Shown here: positions 24,897 to 34,348 of the stretch, piece after piece
Numbering within the stretch: position 1 is the stretch's first letter
How the letters are laid out: the number at the start of each line of letters is the position of its first letter
Origin: Candidatus Poseidoniales archaeon
Lineage (GTDB): Archaea; Thermoplasmatota; Poseidoniia; Poseidoniales; Poseidoniaceae
NCBI GenBank assembly: GCA_003602605.1
Contig: QQRW01000023.1
Span: 5,297 to 66,528, forward strand
DNA length: 61,232 bases
Reading direction: 5' to 3'
Made by a program: the position numbers and the translations under genes
Notes under the pieces: generated by a model
Databases searched by the model: none
What the model was told of the DNA's origin: nothing
The model's input: the letters and a program-made list of their open reading frames with translations, nothing else

Positions 24897-27800
24897 TCAC
24901 AGGTCGAGATCATCAAGGAATCCTGACATATCTGTGCTTGCAGAAGTGCTTGGGGTATTGGTAGTTGTCGGCTGTGCAGATGCAGGTTGGCCCATTTGTG
25001 CAGACAAATACTGTTCACCGTAATGCTGCCATTGTTCCATTGTCCAGCCTTGTGGCAAACCACTTGCAGGTAGCGGTGGACCAGCTTGTGGGGCGGGTGC
25101 AGCAACGGGTTCTACGGGTTGTTGAGCGACCGGTTCTGAAAGGGCAGACAGTGCAGCTAGAGCGTCGCTGGCTTGTTGCGTTGGGGCTGGATTGTATGCA
25201 GCATAAGGATCGGCAGCTGGTTGTGCTGCATACGGGTCGGCAACTGGTTGTGCTGCGTACATGTCTGTTTGTACAGGTGCTTCAGCAGTGTAACTGGGTT
25301 GTTGGGCCGCATAGTCTGGCTGTGATGCTAGGCCTGGGGGCTCCATCGTTGGGACGGCAGTAAACGCAGAATATTTGTCTTCAACTTCTTCTTGTTTTGA
25401 GCGGGTGATGAGCAAGAATGCCGCCAACACCACGACGATGAACGCAAGGATGCCTAGGATGGCAGTAGGCACAGAGCCAATCGCCTCACTCACGGATTCA
25501 ATAAATCCGTCCGCTGGTTGTTCAGTGACGGTGAGCGTAATGCTCGAAGATGAAGTTTCACCGTCGTCATCGGTGACCGTCAGCGTGAATGTCCACTGTC
25601 CTGGCTCAAGATTTGTTAGCGTATATTCCATGCCGCTGTAATCAATTTCACCGGTCATCTGGCCATCGAGATCACTGTCAATCAAATCACTGTCCCAGTC
25701 GTATTGAAGATTGAGTTTGTCGCTTGCAGTTTCACGAGATGTTACACCTGAAAGTGTAATGTTGTCGCCTTCCATAAGTTCAAACACGTTTGATGAATTG
25801 GTAATCGTGGCTGTTGGACCAAGGTTCTGAACGCTCACATTCACTGATGCCAGTGCTTTAGCGCCGTCATCATCTGTTACGGTTGCCGTGATTTGGCGTA
25901 CGCCTCGAGTAGCCCACGACATGGTCATTTCAGTGCCTTGAGCTTCACAATCGTTGATCATGTTGCCATCGCTGTCACTGTCAATCATCGAATCCGTGTC
26001 CCAGCAAACTTCCAATGAATCGAGGTCTGATGCGGTATCGCTTACCTCTACACTGAGTGTGAGGTTGTCGTCCTCAAAGATTGGAATACTCGAGCCAAGT
26101 CCTGAAATTGTTGGCGCGACGTTGTTCACTTTGACCAAAGCAGTACGCACATCTGACCTTGCTCCATCGTTGTCGTATGCTGATACCTGAATGGTGTGGA
26201 CGCCTGAAAGAGGCCACGATACGGTTGCTGCGGAAGATGGTCCCTTGGTGACTTCACTCCAATTTTCGATTAAATCGGATGGAATCCATTCAATGTTCAA
26301 ATCGTCACGGTCGGAGAGAGTATCGCTTCCAACGATTCGCAGTAGAGCGACTTCGTCTTCGTTGAGTTCCCACATCCCTGCGGAATCTGGTGTCATGTTC
26401 ATTCCGCCGAGGTAGAGTTCGGGGTAGGCCAGTGTTGGGGCGATATTGAGGACATCAAGCGTGCTGTTGACGGTTGTTGTCGCTCCGTCATCGTCGGTTG
26501 CAACTGCAGTAATGAGGACCGGTCCTTCACCCATTGGAGTGAAGGTACATGTTGGTTGAGTCAAACCCTCTTGGCAATTGAGATTGGGCCATGTGATACT
26601 GACTTGTTGTCCTGATGGAGAAACGCTGTCGCTGTCACCGCTATCGGTAGCATCAATTGTGATTTCGGATTCAACGTCGATGCTGTCGAGCATGCTGAGG
26701 TTGAGGAACGGTGCTCGGTTGAGCACGGTAACGTTCATTTCAAGAATGTCTTCATCGAGTTCTTCATCGAAAACAATGACTTTGACCATCCAATCACCGT
26801 CATCGCTCCAGTTCCAGTGGGTGATACAATCCGGTGCATCAATGACTTCAATGAGCCCTGGCTTCGATTCAAGCTCGAAGCGACAGTCGACATCTCCACC
26901 GTCTTCATCGAAACTTTCTGTAGCGTTCAGGATGATGCTTTCAAAGGTGTATTTGCCCTCATCGTAGGTGAACGATGCAGTTGGGGCGCGACCGATGAAA
27001 ATATCCACACTTGCATCATTGTTTGACCTATTCGCGTCCTCTGTGACCAGTTCATCTGGGTCAACAGTAAACGATAGAGATTGGTTTCCAATTGCTGCAT
27101 CTGCTGGGACAGTCCAATCCACAACTATACGTTGTTCACTGTATGAAGGGATGGCTGGTACGGATTGACGGGAACTGGTGCCGTCGGGCGTAACGACTTC
27201 AATTTCGGTCGGCGGTGAAGAGAGAACACCACGGTTTTGTGCAGGTATCGAGAACGAGAGGATATCGCCAGGGAGTGCTCCATATCCAATCGCTTTGTTG
27301 AGAGTAGTGACATCATTACCACGTGTGCGGGTCACGATGATTGAATCGGATTGTGCAACTAAATCGATGGCAACCACATTCAAATCTATGACGACGGTTG
27401 TTGCTCCGATAATATCGTTAACGGGATCCCAAACAATGATTCCGTTACTGGAGTAATCATCACTCGACGGTGTAGAATCCATGCCGTCCGAAACATTGAG
27501 CGTGTAATTGATGACTCCAGAGCCGTCGGTGGTTGGACTGGCTAACAAGTTCGTAGACTCGTATCGAATCTGCATGTTCGTATTTCCTTGCGGTGTGCCA
27601 CTGGGCGAAGTTGCATAGGTTGCTGTTACAACCTGTTCAGAGTCTGGAAGTGTTGCTAAAAATTGCAGGTCGACATCAACTTCAATATTTCGTGTACCCG
27701 GCGAAGAACCGGTTGCAATCCCATACGAATCAGCCGGTGAATAACTCTTCAACAGCCAGTCAATGGTAAATCCTGCAGCGTTACTAACACGCATCCAAGA

Positions 27801-28625
27801 GTTGTATCGAACTGCGGGGCAGTACCAGTTGTAACCTTGTGAAACACCGGTTTCGTTCCATTCATTGATTTTGAATGAATCATCGCATCCGGAGTAAATA
27901 ATCGAGCTGGTTCCGTCGGTTGGGACGCCATCAGCAGTGATTTGCCAGCTGTTGTTTTCTGGTCCCTCATTATCGAATTCAGTCGGGTCAAAGTAATCCG
28001 AACTTCCTGAGACTCCTGTGCCGCTGTAGAATGGCATGTACCATTGGTCGCCAGTGTGGAGTGGGAAGTCGTACTTCTCCTTTGGTGGTGAATAATAGGT
28101 GTCAAAGGTTATTTCACCTATATCTTGTTCGAGGAAGCCGAGATTGAAAGGTCTGAACCGTACATCAAGCGTGAATTCGGAGTTGACAACCGCAAGGTCA
28201 CGAACTCGCACAAGATCTTCTCCTTCATATCCGATGTTGAGCCTTCCAGTCACTCCTTCAAGGGTCGCACCGTTGTTCCCAGATGTAAAATCGCCATCGA
28301 GGACGAGTTTGTACACAAGTGTCTGCGTACCGTCGAGAGTGATAAAGAGGATATCTTCGACTATGTAGGTTGTGTCACCTGTGAGGGTGTTCAGTGATGC
28401 GGAAACATTGGCTTGAGCAATCAGTTGAGCGACATCAAACTTGGTCTCATAGACCCACTCATCGCCAATACGCCATGTAGGTACATCGATGTCCTTGTTC
28501 CATCCCTCAGCATGCTGAACATTTTGTTCAGAGAGCTCTTGAGTTTGGTATGTTACCATACTGGATAACGGTGCTGCAAACATCAAAAATATCAATCCAA
28601 AGACGACGGGGTCAAAGCGATTCAT
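24897..28625 (-). CDS. Large secreted, C-terminally TM-anchored PKD/CARDB-domain surface protein (paralog B)
   Basis: Signal peptide, N-terminal PTWRIGDEWVY domain, CARDB (VDPDELVTEDANRSNN), repeated VT.TDDDG PKD motifs, DSDSDG Ca-binding inserts, TM ILGILAFIVVVLAAFLLI, P/A/Q-rich tail. Start moved to ATG 28625. Confidence 0.85.
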   Translation of the reverse strand: MNRFDPVVFGLIFLMFAAPLSSMVTYQTQELSEQNVQHAEGWNKDIDVPTWRIGDEWVYETKFDVAQLIAQANVSASLNTLTGDTTYIVEDILFITLDGTQTLVYKLVLDGDFTSGNNGATLEGVTGRLNIGYEGEDLVRVRDLAVVNSEFTLDVRFRPFNLGFLEQDIGEITFDTYYSPPKEKYDFPLHTGDQWYMPFYSGTGVSGSSDYFDPTEFDNEGPENNSWQITADGVPTDGTSSIIYSGCDDSFKINEWNETGVSQGYNWYCPAVRYNSWMRVSNAAGFTIDWLLKSYSPADSYGIATGSSPGTRNIEVDVDLQFLATLPDSEQVVTATYATSPSGTPQGNTNMQIRYESTNLLASPTTDGSGVINYTLNVSDGMDSTPSSDDYSSNGIIVWDPVNDIIGATTVVIDLNVVAIDLVAQSDSIIVTRTRGNDVTTLNKAIGYGALPGDILSFSIPAQNRGVLSSPPTEIEVVTPDGTSSRQSVPAIPSYSEQRIVVDWTVPADAAIGNQSLSFTVDPDELVTEDANRSNNDASVDIFIGRAPTASFTYDEGKYTFESIILNATESFDEDGGDVDCRFELESKPGLIEVIDAPDCITHWNWSDDGDWMVKVIVFDEELDEDILEMNVTVLNRAPFLNLSMLDSIDVESEITIDATDSGDSDSVSPSGQQVSITWPNLNCQEGLTQPTCTFTPMGEGPVLITAVATDDDGATTTVNSTLDVLNIAPTLAYPELYLGGMNMTPDSAGMWELNEDEVALLRIVGSDTLSDRDDLNIEWIPSDLIENWSEVTKGPSSAATVSWPLSGVHTIQVSAYDNDGARSDVRTALVKVNNVAPTISGLGSSIPIFEDDNLTLSVEVSDTASDLDSLEVCWDTDSMIDSDSDGNMINDCEAQGTEMTMSWATRGVRQITATVTDDDGAKALASVNVSVQNLGPTATITNSSNVFELMEGDNITLSGVTSRETASDKLNLQYDWDSDLIDSDLDGQMTGEIDYSGMEYTLTNLEPGQWTFTLTVTDDDGETSSSSITLTVTEQPADGFIESVSEAIGSVPTAILGILAFIVVVLAAFLLITRSKQEEVEDKYSAFTAVPTMEPPGLASQPDYAAQQPSYTAEAPVQTDMYAAQPVADPYAAQPAADPYAAYNPAPTQQASDALAALSALSEPVAQQPVEPVAAPAPQAGPPLPASGLPQGWTMEQWQHYGEQYLSAQMGQPASAQPTTTNTPSTSASTDMSGFLDDLDL
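25207..25260 (-). repeat. Two-copy 27-nt coding tandem repeat (YAAQP[V/A]ADP), followed by a partial third YAA
   Basis: ggatcggcagctggttgtgctgcatac / gggtcggcaactggttgtgctgcgtac. Confidence 0.8.
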
Positions 28626-28684
28626 AGTACTCCGATAGCGTCCTCCTACTTGAGAGGCTTGATTCTTCGTCCCGTAGGGACGAT

Positions 28685-31600
28685 TCAAGGATGAGATGCT
28701 TGCGCATCGAGGTATTGTTGCCCGTAATGCGACCATTGTTCCGCAGTCCATCCTTCTGGTATCCCGTTTTCAGGAATCGGCGGGCCTTGTTCGATGAGTG
28801 GTACATTGTCCGGTAGTTCTACAGCAGGGAGTGATGGAATTGGGTCGCTGATTGGAACAATCTCTTCTCCAGTCGAAAACATTTGAGTTGATGGGGGAGT
28901 AGCTGGGCGTCGGGATTGTACTTGGTCGAGGAGAGCCTGAGTTTCAAACTCACGTTCGGCAGGGTCTTCACCAGCCATTTCCGCATTTTGCCATGGATCG
29001 TCCGACTCCTTCTTTTTCCGTCGACGCGTCAAGAGTGCCAAAATGAACAATGCTGAAACCAGTAATCCAAGTTGGGCAAGAGGATTCGCGTCTTCGCCGA
29101 TGAATGCCGCACTCACTTCTTCGATTGAGGTTCGATCGGGTGGTGCTACAACGATGGACATGGTTGATTGCCCCGGACGCTCCGGGTTTTCATCCCATGC
29201 CATGGCTTTCACACGGACAGTCCCTGAATCACGGAAGGTATGGGTCACTGAAGAGCCAATTAAATCTGCATCGTTGTCTTTAATGCCGTCTCCATTGCTG
29301 TCAACGGTGATGTCTAAATCCCAAACAATGGTAAGTCCAGCGAGGTCATTCAGCGAATCAATGGTGCGGTCTGCACTCAGGTAACATTCTCTGTAAGCAA
29401 CGCATTCTGTGTTTTGTAATCGAACAATTGGTGGCATATTCAACACCTCGACGACAAGCACTTCGCTGGATTGTGCTCCGTCATCGTCAGTAACGTGATA
29501 GATGATGGTGTGCGAACCGCTTCTGTTCCAAGCATAGGTGAGAACATCACCAGCGATGTCACAATCATCGTCAGCACCGCCGATGTCATCGCTGTCGATG
29601 CCTGGGTCGATGTCCCAACATTTGACAAGAGAGTCAATGTCGCTTGCAGTATCTGTAGAATTGCCTTCAATCGTCACCGATTGTCCTTCAGCAATCGGGA
29701 GCAAGGACACCAGCGGTTGAATGACCGGTGGGACATTACGGATGTTAATCCAACGTTCCTCAATTGAACTGGCCTCTCCATCGTTATCACGAACTTCCAA
29801 GCGGATTGTGTGAAGTCCAGCAGTGTTCCACTGCATGGGGAACGTCGAGGTTCGTCCGCTGAACGTATACATCAACGATGGCTGCTCACCATCCGGCCAC
29901 CATGTATGCGTCAAAGATTCCAAATCATCAACAGAATCGAGAGCTTGCCCTTTGACCACAATGGTTTCATCTTCATCTAAGTGCCAAATTTGCTGTTCAT
30001 CACTTTCGAGGAATTGGTTGTTTTTCTGCAATGCAATGGAGGTTCCGTGAGGCGCTATATTTGAGAATTGAATCTCAATAGTGGCTGGTGTTATTGCGTA
30101 GTCATCATCTGTGGCTATGGCTGTAAATGTGTGCAAGCCTTCGGTCGGAGCAGTCGTGGTACATACTCGAGTGTAATATCCTTCGTCGCAGAGGGTATCT
30201 GGCCAGTGGACATCGACGGCTCCGGGCCACACATCTTCCGAATCGGAATCGTTGGCAAAGGCGTAGAGAGTAATTGGGTGTTCTACTTTCACCTCGGTTC
30301 TTGAACTGAGGATTTGAATTTCTGGATTTCTGTTGGCGATGAGGACATTCATGATTGCAGTTTGTTCATCTTTTTCTTCATCAATGACCGTGATTTCAAC
30401 AGGATAATTGCCATCATCAGTCCATGTCCAATTGACCGTACAGGAGGTGGAAGGAACGGTTTCCCACGCCCAGATTCGAGAACCATCATCATAGGGGATT
30501 TTGAATTCGCAGGACACAATACCTCCATCCTCGTCAAAGCTTTCATTGGCGGACAGTTGCAGTTCTTCCAATGTCATTGCGATTGGTTCGGTGAACACTG
30601 GTGTTGGTAGTCGCCCAACAAACATGGAGATGAGTGCTTGATTGTTGGTTGAGTTCGCATCTGCACTGTTGATACCACTTGGGTCTGCTTGCCATGATAC
30701 CGGTACAATGCCAATTGCTTGCTCGCTCGGGACCGTCCAAGTAAAGTTCACTTTGTGAGCCTCATAGGTCGCCAGCGCAGGCAGTGGGTGAGATGAGGTC
30801 TGTCCGTCAGGATGTGTAATTGACATTGTTGTCGGGGTACTGGATGAAAGTCCTCTGTTTTGCACTGCCACTTCGATAAGCAGGTCATCGCCCGGCAATA
30901 TATTCCAACCGGAAAGGGAATTCAATTCAGTAAGAACTCCACTTCGATTTCTCAGAACTTTGCCAAAATCCTCGCTTGCAATCAAATCAAGTCCAATCAG
31001 GTATTCATCGAGTGTGATTGTGGTCGAGCCAACAGATGTTCCAAACGAGGAAGCAGCACTGGGCTGGATTCTTGCGACGATGCCGTGACTTGCCCAATCA
31101 AATGCCGACTCTGAAGCGTCTTTGTCATCACCCATATCTATCACAAAAAATGCACTACCGTTGCTTTCGGTAGTCGCTAATTGCACAAGACCAGTTGCTT
31201 CATGATGAACTTCAACCGGGATGCCGCTCGCAGTTGTAAAGCAGTTTGCGGATGCATTGACCCAAACGCCAATCGGTGTGTTGAGTGCGGTGATTTCGCT
31301 TTCCAATTCGACCATCAAGCATTCGTCCCGAGTTCCAGGATTGGTATACTGGTCAACTCCTGTCGAATCAAGCGGAATGTATTGCTTCAGACGGAAATCA
31401 ATGACAAGGCCAATATCGTCTTCAGTGTGCAACCAAGCAAAGTTTCTGGCCTCAGGGCAATACCAACGGTAACCACTTGCCTCGCCATTGCTGTTGATCG
31501 AAGTCAGTTCGTAGGAGGCGTTGCATCCTCCGTAGCCGATGGTTTGTCCATAGTCGTTACGCGGTTTTCCTGTGTTGGTGACTTCCCAAGTGGTGCTGTT

Positions 31601-32266
31601 GGTGTCGGTTGTCGGGACTGGAAACGGCGTAATGTAATCGCTTGAGCCGGACCAAGCAGTCGATGAAGTCGTGGTTGTAGTCCATTGTTCGTTCGCTCGA
31701 ATCGGGAAGTCATAGACTTCGTTTACCGGACTGTATGTACTGGTTATGGTGATGTCACCAAGTATTTGAGCGAGGCTTGAAAGGCCGTAAGGGACGAATC
31801 GGATGTACAATTCAAGATCACTGCGCATTGATGAAAGGTCGCTTACTCTGAGGTATTCAGTTTGCTTGAATGTAATGAACACGTTTCCGCTGTATCCGTC
31901 AAGTGAGACTCCAGACTTGTCAAAGTTTGCGGATGTCTGCAGAGTGTACGCTAGGACAGACATATTGTCGACTGAGCGTTCAGTAATGGCCATCACTTGC
32001 GCAGTTGTATCACCATAGATCTCTCCTACTGTGGCTTGTACACCAGAATCGGTGACAAGTTTGGTTGGATCAAAGGTTCCCGAGTATATCCATTTGTCAC
32101 CGACTTTCCATGTTGGTACATCACTCACTCCAGGGTTTTCAGATGAAAACTTTGGCGAATCTGCCTCTTCCAACAACGGTTGATTCAGCAGAGGTTGAGT
32201 TGTTGCTAAGCACAGCAAGGCCACGAGCATCAATGGAGATGCCAATCGGAGCGGACGCGTGCCCAT
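28685..32266 (-). CDS. Large secreted, C-terminally TM-anchored PKD/CARDB-domain surface protein (paralog A)
   Basis: Same architecture as the neighbour: PTWKVGDKWIY domain, CARDB, VTDDDG/DNDG motifs, DSNGDGIKDND insert, TM LGLLVSALFILALL+RRRKKK. Start moved to ATG 32266. Confidence 0.85.
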   Translation of the reverse strand: MGTRPLRLASPLMLVALLCLATTQPLLNQPLLEEADSPKFSSENPGVSDVPTWKVGDKWIYSGTFDPTKLVTDSGVQATVGEIYGDTTAQVMAITERSVDNMSVLAYTLQTSANFDKSGVSLDGYSGNVFITFKQTEYLRVSDLSSMRSDLELYIRFVPYGLSSLAQILGDITITSTYSPVNEVYDFPIRANEQWTTTTTSSTAWSGSSDYITPFPVPTTDTNSTTWEVTNTGKPRNDYGQTIGYGGCNASYELTSINSNGEASGYRWYCPEARNFAWLHTEDDIGLVIDFRLKQYIPLDSTGVDQYTNPGTRDECLMVELESEITALNTPIGVWVNASANCFTTASGIPVEVHHEATGLVQLATTESNGSAFFVIDMGDDKDASESAFDWASHGIVARIQPSAASSFGTSVGSTTITLDEYLIGLDLIASEDFGKVLRNRSGVLTELNSLSGWNILPGDDLLIEVAVQNRGLSSSTPTTMSITHPDGQTSSHPLPALATYEAHKVNFTWTVPSEQAIGIVPVSWQADPSGINSADANSTNNQALISMFVGRLPTPVFTEPIAMTLEELQLSANESFDEDGGIVSCEFKIPYDDGSRIWAWETVPSTSCTVNWTWTDDGNYPVEITVIDEEKDEQTAIMNVLIANRNPEIQILSSRTEVKVEHPITLYAFANDSDSEDVWPGAVDVHWPDTLCDEGYYTRVCTTTAPTEGLHTFTAIATDDDYAITPATIEIQFSNIAPHGTSIALQKNNQFLESDEQQIWHLDEDETIVVKGQALDSVDDLESLTHTWWPDGEQPSLMYTFSGRTSTFPMQWNTAGLHTIRLEVRDNDGEASSIEERWINIRNVPPVIQPLVSLLPIAEGQSVTIEGNSTDTASDIDSLVKCWDIDPGIDSDDIGGADDDCDIAGDVLTYAWNRSGSHTIIYHVTDDDGAQSSEVLVVEVLNMPPIVRLQNTECVAYRECYLSADRTIDSLNDLAGLTIVWDLDITVDSNGDGIKDNDADLIGSSVTHTFRDSGTVRVKAMAWDENPERPGQSTMSIVVAPPDRTSIEEVSAAFIGEDANPLAQLGLLVSALFILALLTRRRKKKESDDPWQNAEMAGEDPAEREFETQALLDQVQSRRPATPPSTQMFSTGEEIVPISDPIPSLPAVELPDNVPLIEQGPPIPENGIPEGWTAEQWSHYGQQYLDAQASHP

Positions 32267-32321
32267 GGTGGGCCACACTCGCAATAGGACATCAAGACTT
32301 CTCTCGAACTCTTTGACAAAC

Positions 32322-32936
32322 TCAGAGAAGGTCAGCCAATTCGTCCTTGATAATTTCGACGGCTTCGAGGATTTCGTCCTTGTGCCGTGCACCGGTAATA
32401 ACCATCTTACCACTGCCGAAAATCAAGCAGACTACCTTTGGATAGTCAAGTCGGTAAATCAAACCAGGGAATTGTTCTGGTTCGTACTCGACCTTATCGA
32501 AGGGCAAGTGGAAAGTAAGGTTGTTGAGGTTGAGTTTACGAGGAACGCCAGCGAGTGGTTCGTTGGTAAATTTGTCGTTTCCATCGTAGTCTTCAGGGTA
32601 GTGAAGTGCGTAGGTTGCAACCATGTTTTGAACCTCGATTTCGACTTGGTCCAAATCCCAAGTTTCAATTCCAGCATCACGAAGGTCAGCAATCATTCTC
32701 TCGATTCCAGTTTCAATATTTGCTTCGTCTTTACCACCGGTACAAACCGCACGGCCTGATCGGAACATGAGGATTGCAAGTTTTGGATCGGTGACTCGGT
32801 AAACAACACCTGGGAATTGTTCTGGTTCGTATTCACAGTTGAGCTGGATTGCAATATCCGGCAAATCGAGTTCTTCTGCGACACGGGTGCTCGCAACAAC
32901 ATTCACTACAGTTAGACGTTCTTCATCGGTTGTCAT
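32322..32936 (-). CDS. tbp: TATA-box-binding protein
   Basis: Two repeats NVVAS...YEPEQFPGVVYR...FRSGRAVCTG and NMVAT...YEPEQFPGLIYR...FGSGKMVITG. Start moved to ATG 32936. Confidence 0.97.
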   Translation of the reverse strand: MTTDEERLTVVNVVASTRVAEELDLPDIAIQLNCEYEPEQFPGVVYRVTDPKLAILMFRSGRAVCTGGKDEANIETGIERMIADLRDAGIETWDLDQVEIEVQNMVATYALHYPEDYDGNDKFTNEPLAGVPRKLNLNNLTFHLPFDKVEYEPEQFPGLIYRLDYPKVVCLIFGSGKMVITGARHKDEILEAVEIIKDELADLL

Positions 32937-32945
32937 GATAGGCCC

Positions 32946-32967
32946 ATATATAACGACTATATAAAAA
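32946..32967 (-). promoter_or_regulatory. TATA box(es) upstream of tbp
   Basis: Minus strand reads TTTTTATATA (32967-32958), ending 21 nt before the ATG, then a second TTATATAT (32953-32946); strongly AT-rich against a ~50% GC background. Confidence 0.65.
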
Positions 32968-33019
32968 GAAGGCAGGCACCTTACCTCATTCCACCAGCAA
33001 AAAAAGCGTACTGCGACGG

Positions 33020-34204
33020 TTATTCTTGACCTGTCGCCCACAAAGGCATATTCTCGCACTCGTCAACCGTTAAGCCAGCGTTACCAAACTTGGAAATAAG
33101 TGTCCGGCCCCCGGCCAATTCAATCGCCTCACTGGTTTGTTTTGGGTGTCGTGTGAGTGCAACCATGCACCCTCCTCCACCAGCCCCGGTGAGTTTAGCA
33201 CCGAGTGAAGTGGGCGCTGCCGCCCGAATCAGTGTTTCGAGTTCGGGACATGACACGCCAAGGCCTTGAAGCATAATCTGATTCTCGGACATAGCCCTTC
33301 CCACCGCTTCATAGTCGCCTTCTTTGAGCGCTTGAATCCCTCGTCGTGCAATCACTCCAATGGTTTGAATCTCTTTGATACGTTCGGGTTTTGCAGCGAT
33401 GGCAGCAGCGACTTTTGCCACCTGATTTGATGTAGGAGCGTAAACGCCTGTGTTTCCGATAACCAAATACAGGTCATCGGTAGTTTTTGGTAAGTGAACC
33501 GAATGAAGATTCCACGTTCGTTCTCCATCCTCCATACTTAGCTTGCGTGTGTACAGATACTCGACATCATTCTCAACAGTATCACTGAGCAGTACTACAC
33601 CTCCATGAGCACATGTTGAGGCATCCATCGGTGAAGCTCTGCCTGCTTGTGCCACTGCTTCAACAGCGTGAGCGAGTAGGGCGCATTCGTCGAGAGAAAT
33701 GATTTGTTTGCCGTGAACATAATGATTCATCGGTGATCCGGCTTGTAAGGGTGAAAGTTCGCGATTTCCTGCAATGTACACCTCACTGTTGTCGATTGAA
33801 CTCGCATATCCTTCTGCCCATGTCGCTGGATTTTGCAAGTCATCGACCGAAGTGTACCATCGTCCACGAGCGCATCGCAACGCCGCACTTGCGGCAACTG
33901 AAAGTGCGGCTGATGAGCCGAGACCGGATGCAGGAGGAATATCTCCTTTGACTTGGATTGTTATTCCAGGTGCGCCCTGGGACGTCTGCCACAATCGATT
34001 ACGTAGCGCCTGAACATGGGGGTGTTTTCTCGAATCGAAATGCATCCCGTCAATCTTCCACGGTGTTTCACCGGACTGAACGGATTCGAGCGTCACAGAA
34101 ATACGTTGCTCGATTGCCACCGCAACCGCAGGCTCGCCATACACCACTGCATGTTCGCCGAACAGGATACATTTCCCCGGCGCGCTTGCTGTAACTCGGC
34201 CCAT
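33020..34204 (-). CDS. mvk: Mevalonate kinase (GHMP family) with internal insertion
   Basis: SAPGKCILFGEHAVVYGEPAVAVAI, PPASGLGSSAA, GRASPMD, GAKLTGAGGGGC. Start moved to ATG 34204. Confidence 0.88.
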   Translation of the reverse strand: MGRVTASAPGKCILFGEHAVVYGEPAVAVAIEQRISVTLESVQSGETPWKIDGMHFDSRKHPHVQALRNRLWQTSQGAPGITIQVKGDIPPASGLGSSAALSVAASAALRCARGRWYTSVDDLQNPATWAEGYASSIDNSEVYIAGNRELSPLQAGSPMNHYVHGKQIISLDECALLAHAVEAVAQAGRASPMDASTCAHGGVVLLSDTVENDVEYLYTRKLSMEDGERTWNLHSVHLPKTTDDLYLVIGNTGVYAPTSNQVAKVAAAIAAKPERIKEIQTIGVIARRGIQALKEGDYEAVGRAMSENQIMLQGLGVSCPELETLIRAAAPTSLGAKLTGAGGGGCMVALTRHPKQTSEAIELAGGRTLISKFGNAGLTVDECENMPLWATGQE

Positions 34205-34348
34205 GGTATCCCCTTGGTGTTCACGAGGAACGTTCGCTTCATATCCCTTGTTCTTCATTCACTGCCATTGAACGAGAATTGTCGGTGCATTGAAGGGATG
34301 AGCGCGTCTGCCATTACCTGCGGGAATCCCCCCTTGAGATGAGTTATC

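Noticed and set aside
32541-33880. TBP and Mvk insertions as inteins or introns
   Set aside because: They are too short and lack intein N-terminal C/S and C-terminal HN motifs; the reading frames are continuous.
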